DNA of 64,000 nucleotides from Escherichia coli (GTDB lineage Bacteria; Pseudomonadota; Gammaproteobacteria; Enterobacterales; Enterobacteriaceae): NCBI RefSeq assembly GCF_003334765.1, contig NZ_QOWT01000002.1; one strand, 5' to 3'. Shown piece by piece: positions 63,518 to 64,000 of this stretch (position 1 is its first letter; each line of letters starts with the position of its first letter). The notes under the pieces were generated by a model. It saw only the letters and a program-made list of their open reading frames with translations, ran no database searches and was not told where the DNA came from. The position numbers and the translations under genes were made by a program.

Positions 63518-64000
63518 TTATACCGCTCCAGCAGTTCAGGGATCGCTTCCGGGGTCAGATGCGCGTGAGTGTCCTCATCGATCATCATGTTTGGCCCTTT
63601 ATCACAGTTCCCCAGGCAGCAAGTTGGCAGCAGCGTAAAGCGGCCATCAAATGTCGTTTGCCCTGGTTTGATGTTCAGCTTTTTCTCGAGCGCCGCCTGA
63701 ATACCCTGATAACCGTTGATATGACAGACCACGCTGTCACAATAACGGATCACATGGCGACCAACCGGCTGGCGGAAGATCTGACTGTAGAACGTTGCCA
63801 CACCTTCGACGTCGCTTGCCGGAATACCCAGCACATCGGCGATCGCGTGGATCGCACCATCCGGCACCCAGCCACGCTGCTTCTGAACGATTTTCAGCGC
63901 TTCAATGGACGCCGCACGCGGGTCTTCGTAGTGGTGCATCTCGTGCTCGATCGCTTCACGCTCTGCCGCACTCAGCTCAAAAGCCTCGGTTTGTGGTTGT
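63514..64000 (-). CDS. nuoE: NADH:quinone oxidoreductase subunit E, 3' portion (N-terminus beyond window end)
   Basis: Track ORF 63514..63939 gives ..[38 protein letters not shown]...; the reading frame stays open to the window edge. Confidence 0.93.

Overview
Read by eye, without tools, this window is a contiguous, well-characterised Escherichia coli K-12-like chromosomal segment running gyrA to nuoE in the standard order; I found no clearly undescribed system in it. Gene order, as recognised from the six-frame translations, is: gyrA (5' part, minus) - ubiG - yfaL autotransporter - nrdA/nrdB/yfaE - inaA - yfaH remnant - glpQ/glpT (minus) and divergent glpABC - rpnE(yfaD)/ypaA - rhmRDTA (yfaXWVU, minus) - yfaY - yfaZ - nudI - ais - arnBCADTEF - pmrD - menFDHBCE (minus) - elaB - elaA - rbn - elaD - yfbK/L/M/N/O/P - nuoNMLKJIHGFE (minus, nuoE truncated at window end). 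I saw no rRNA, tRNA, CRISPR array, IS element or prophage. Non-coding features are REP/BIME palindromes, several hairpin terminators, and recognisable regulatory sites (DnaA and NrdR boxes before nrdA, a CRP-like site between glpT and glpA, a PmrA box before arnB). The least-understood parts, and the best candidates for follow-up, are (i) the rpnE tail: an internal in-frame start with its own Shine-Dalgarno, duplicated immediately downstream as the free-standing ypaA; and (ii) the visibly AT-rich elaD-yfbK-yfbL-yfbM-yfbN-yfbO-yfbP block between rbn and the nuo operon, which pairs a deubiquitinase-like protease with uncharacterised proteins, one of which (YfbN) looks to me like it carries tandem UBA/EF-Ts-N-like helical motifs. 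All functional calls rest on recognising protein sequences in the ORF track; start codons were refined by reading the DNA. No similarity search or GC computation was run.
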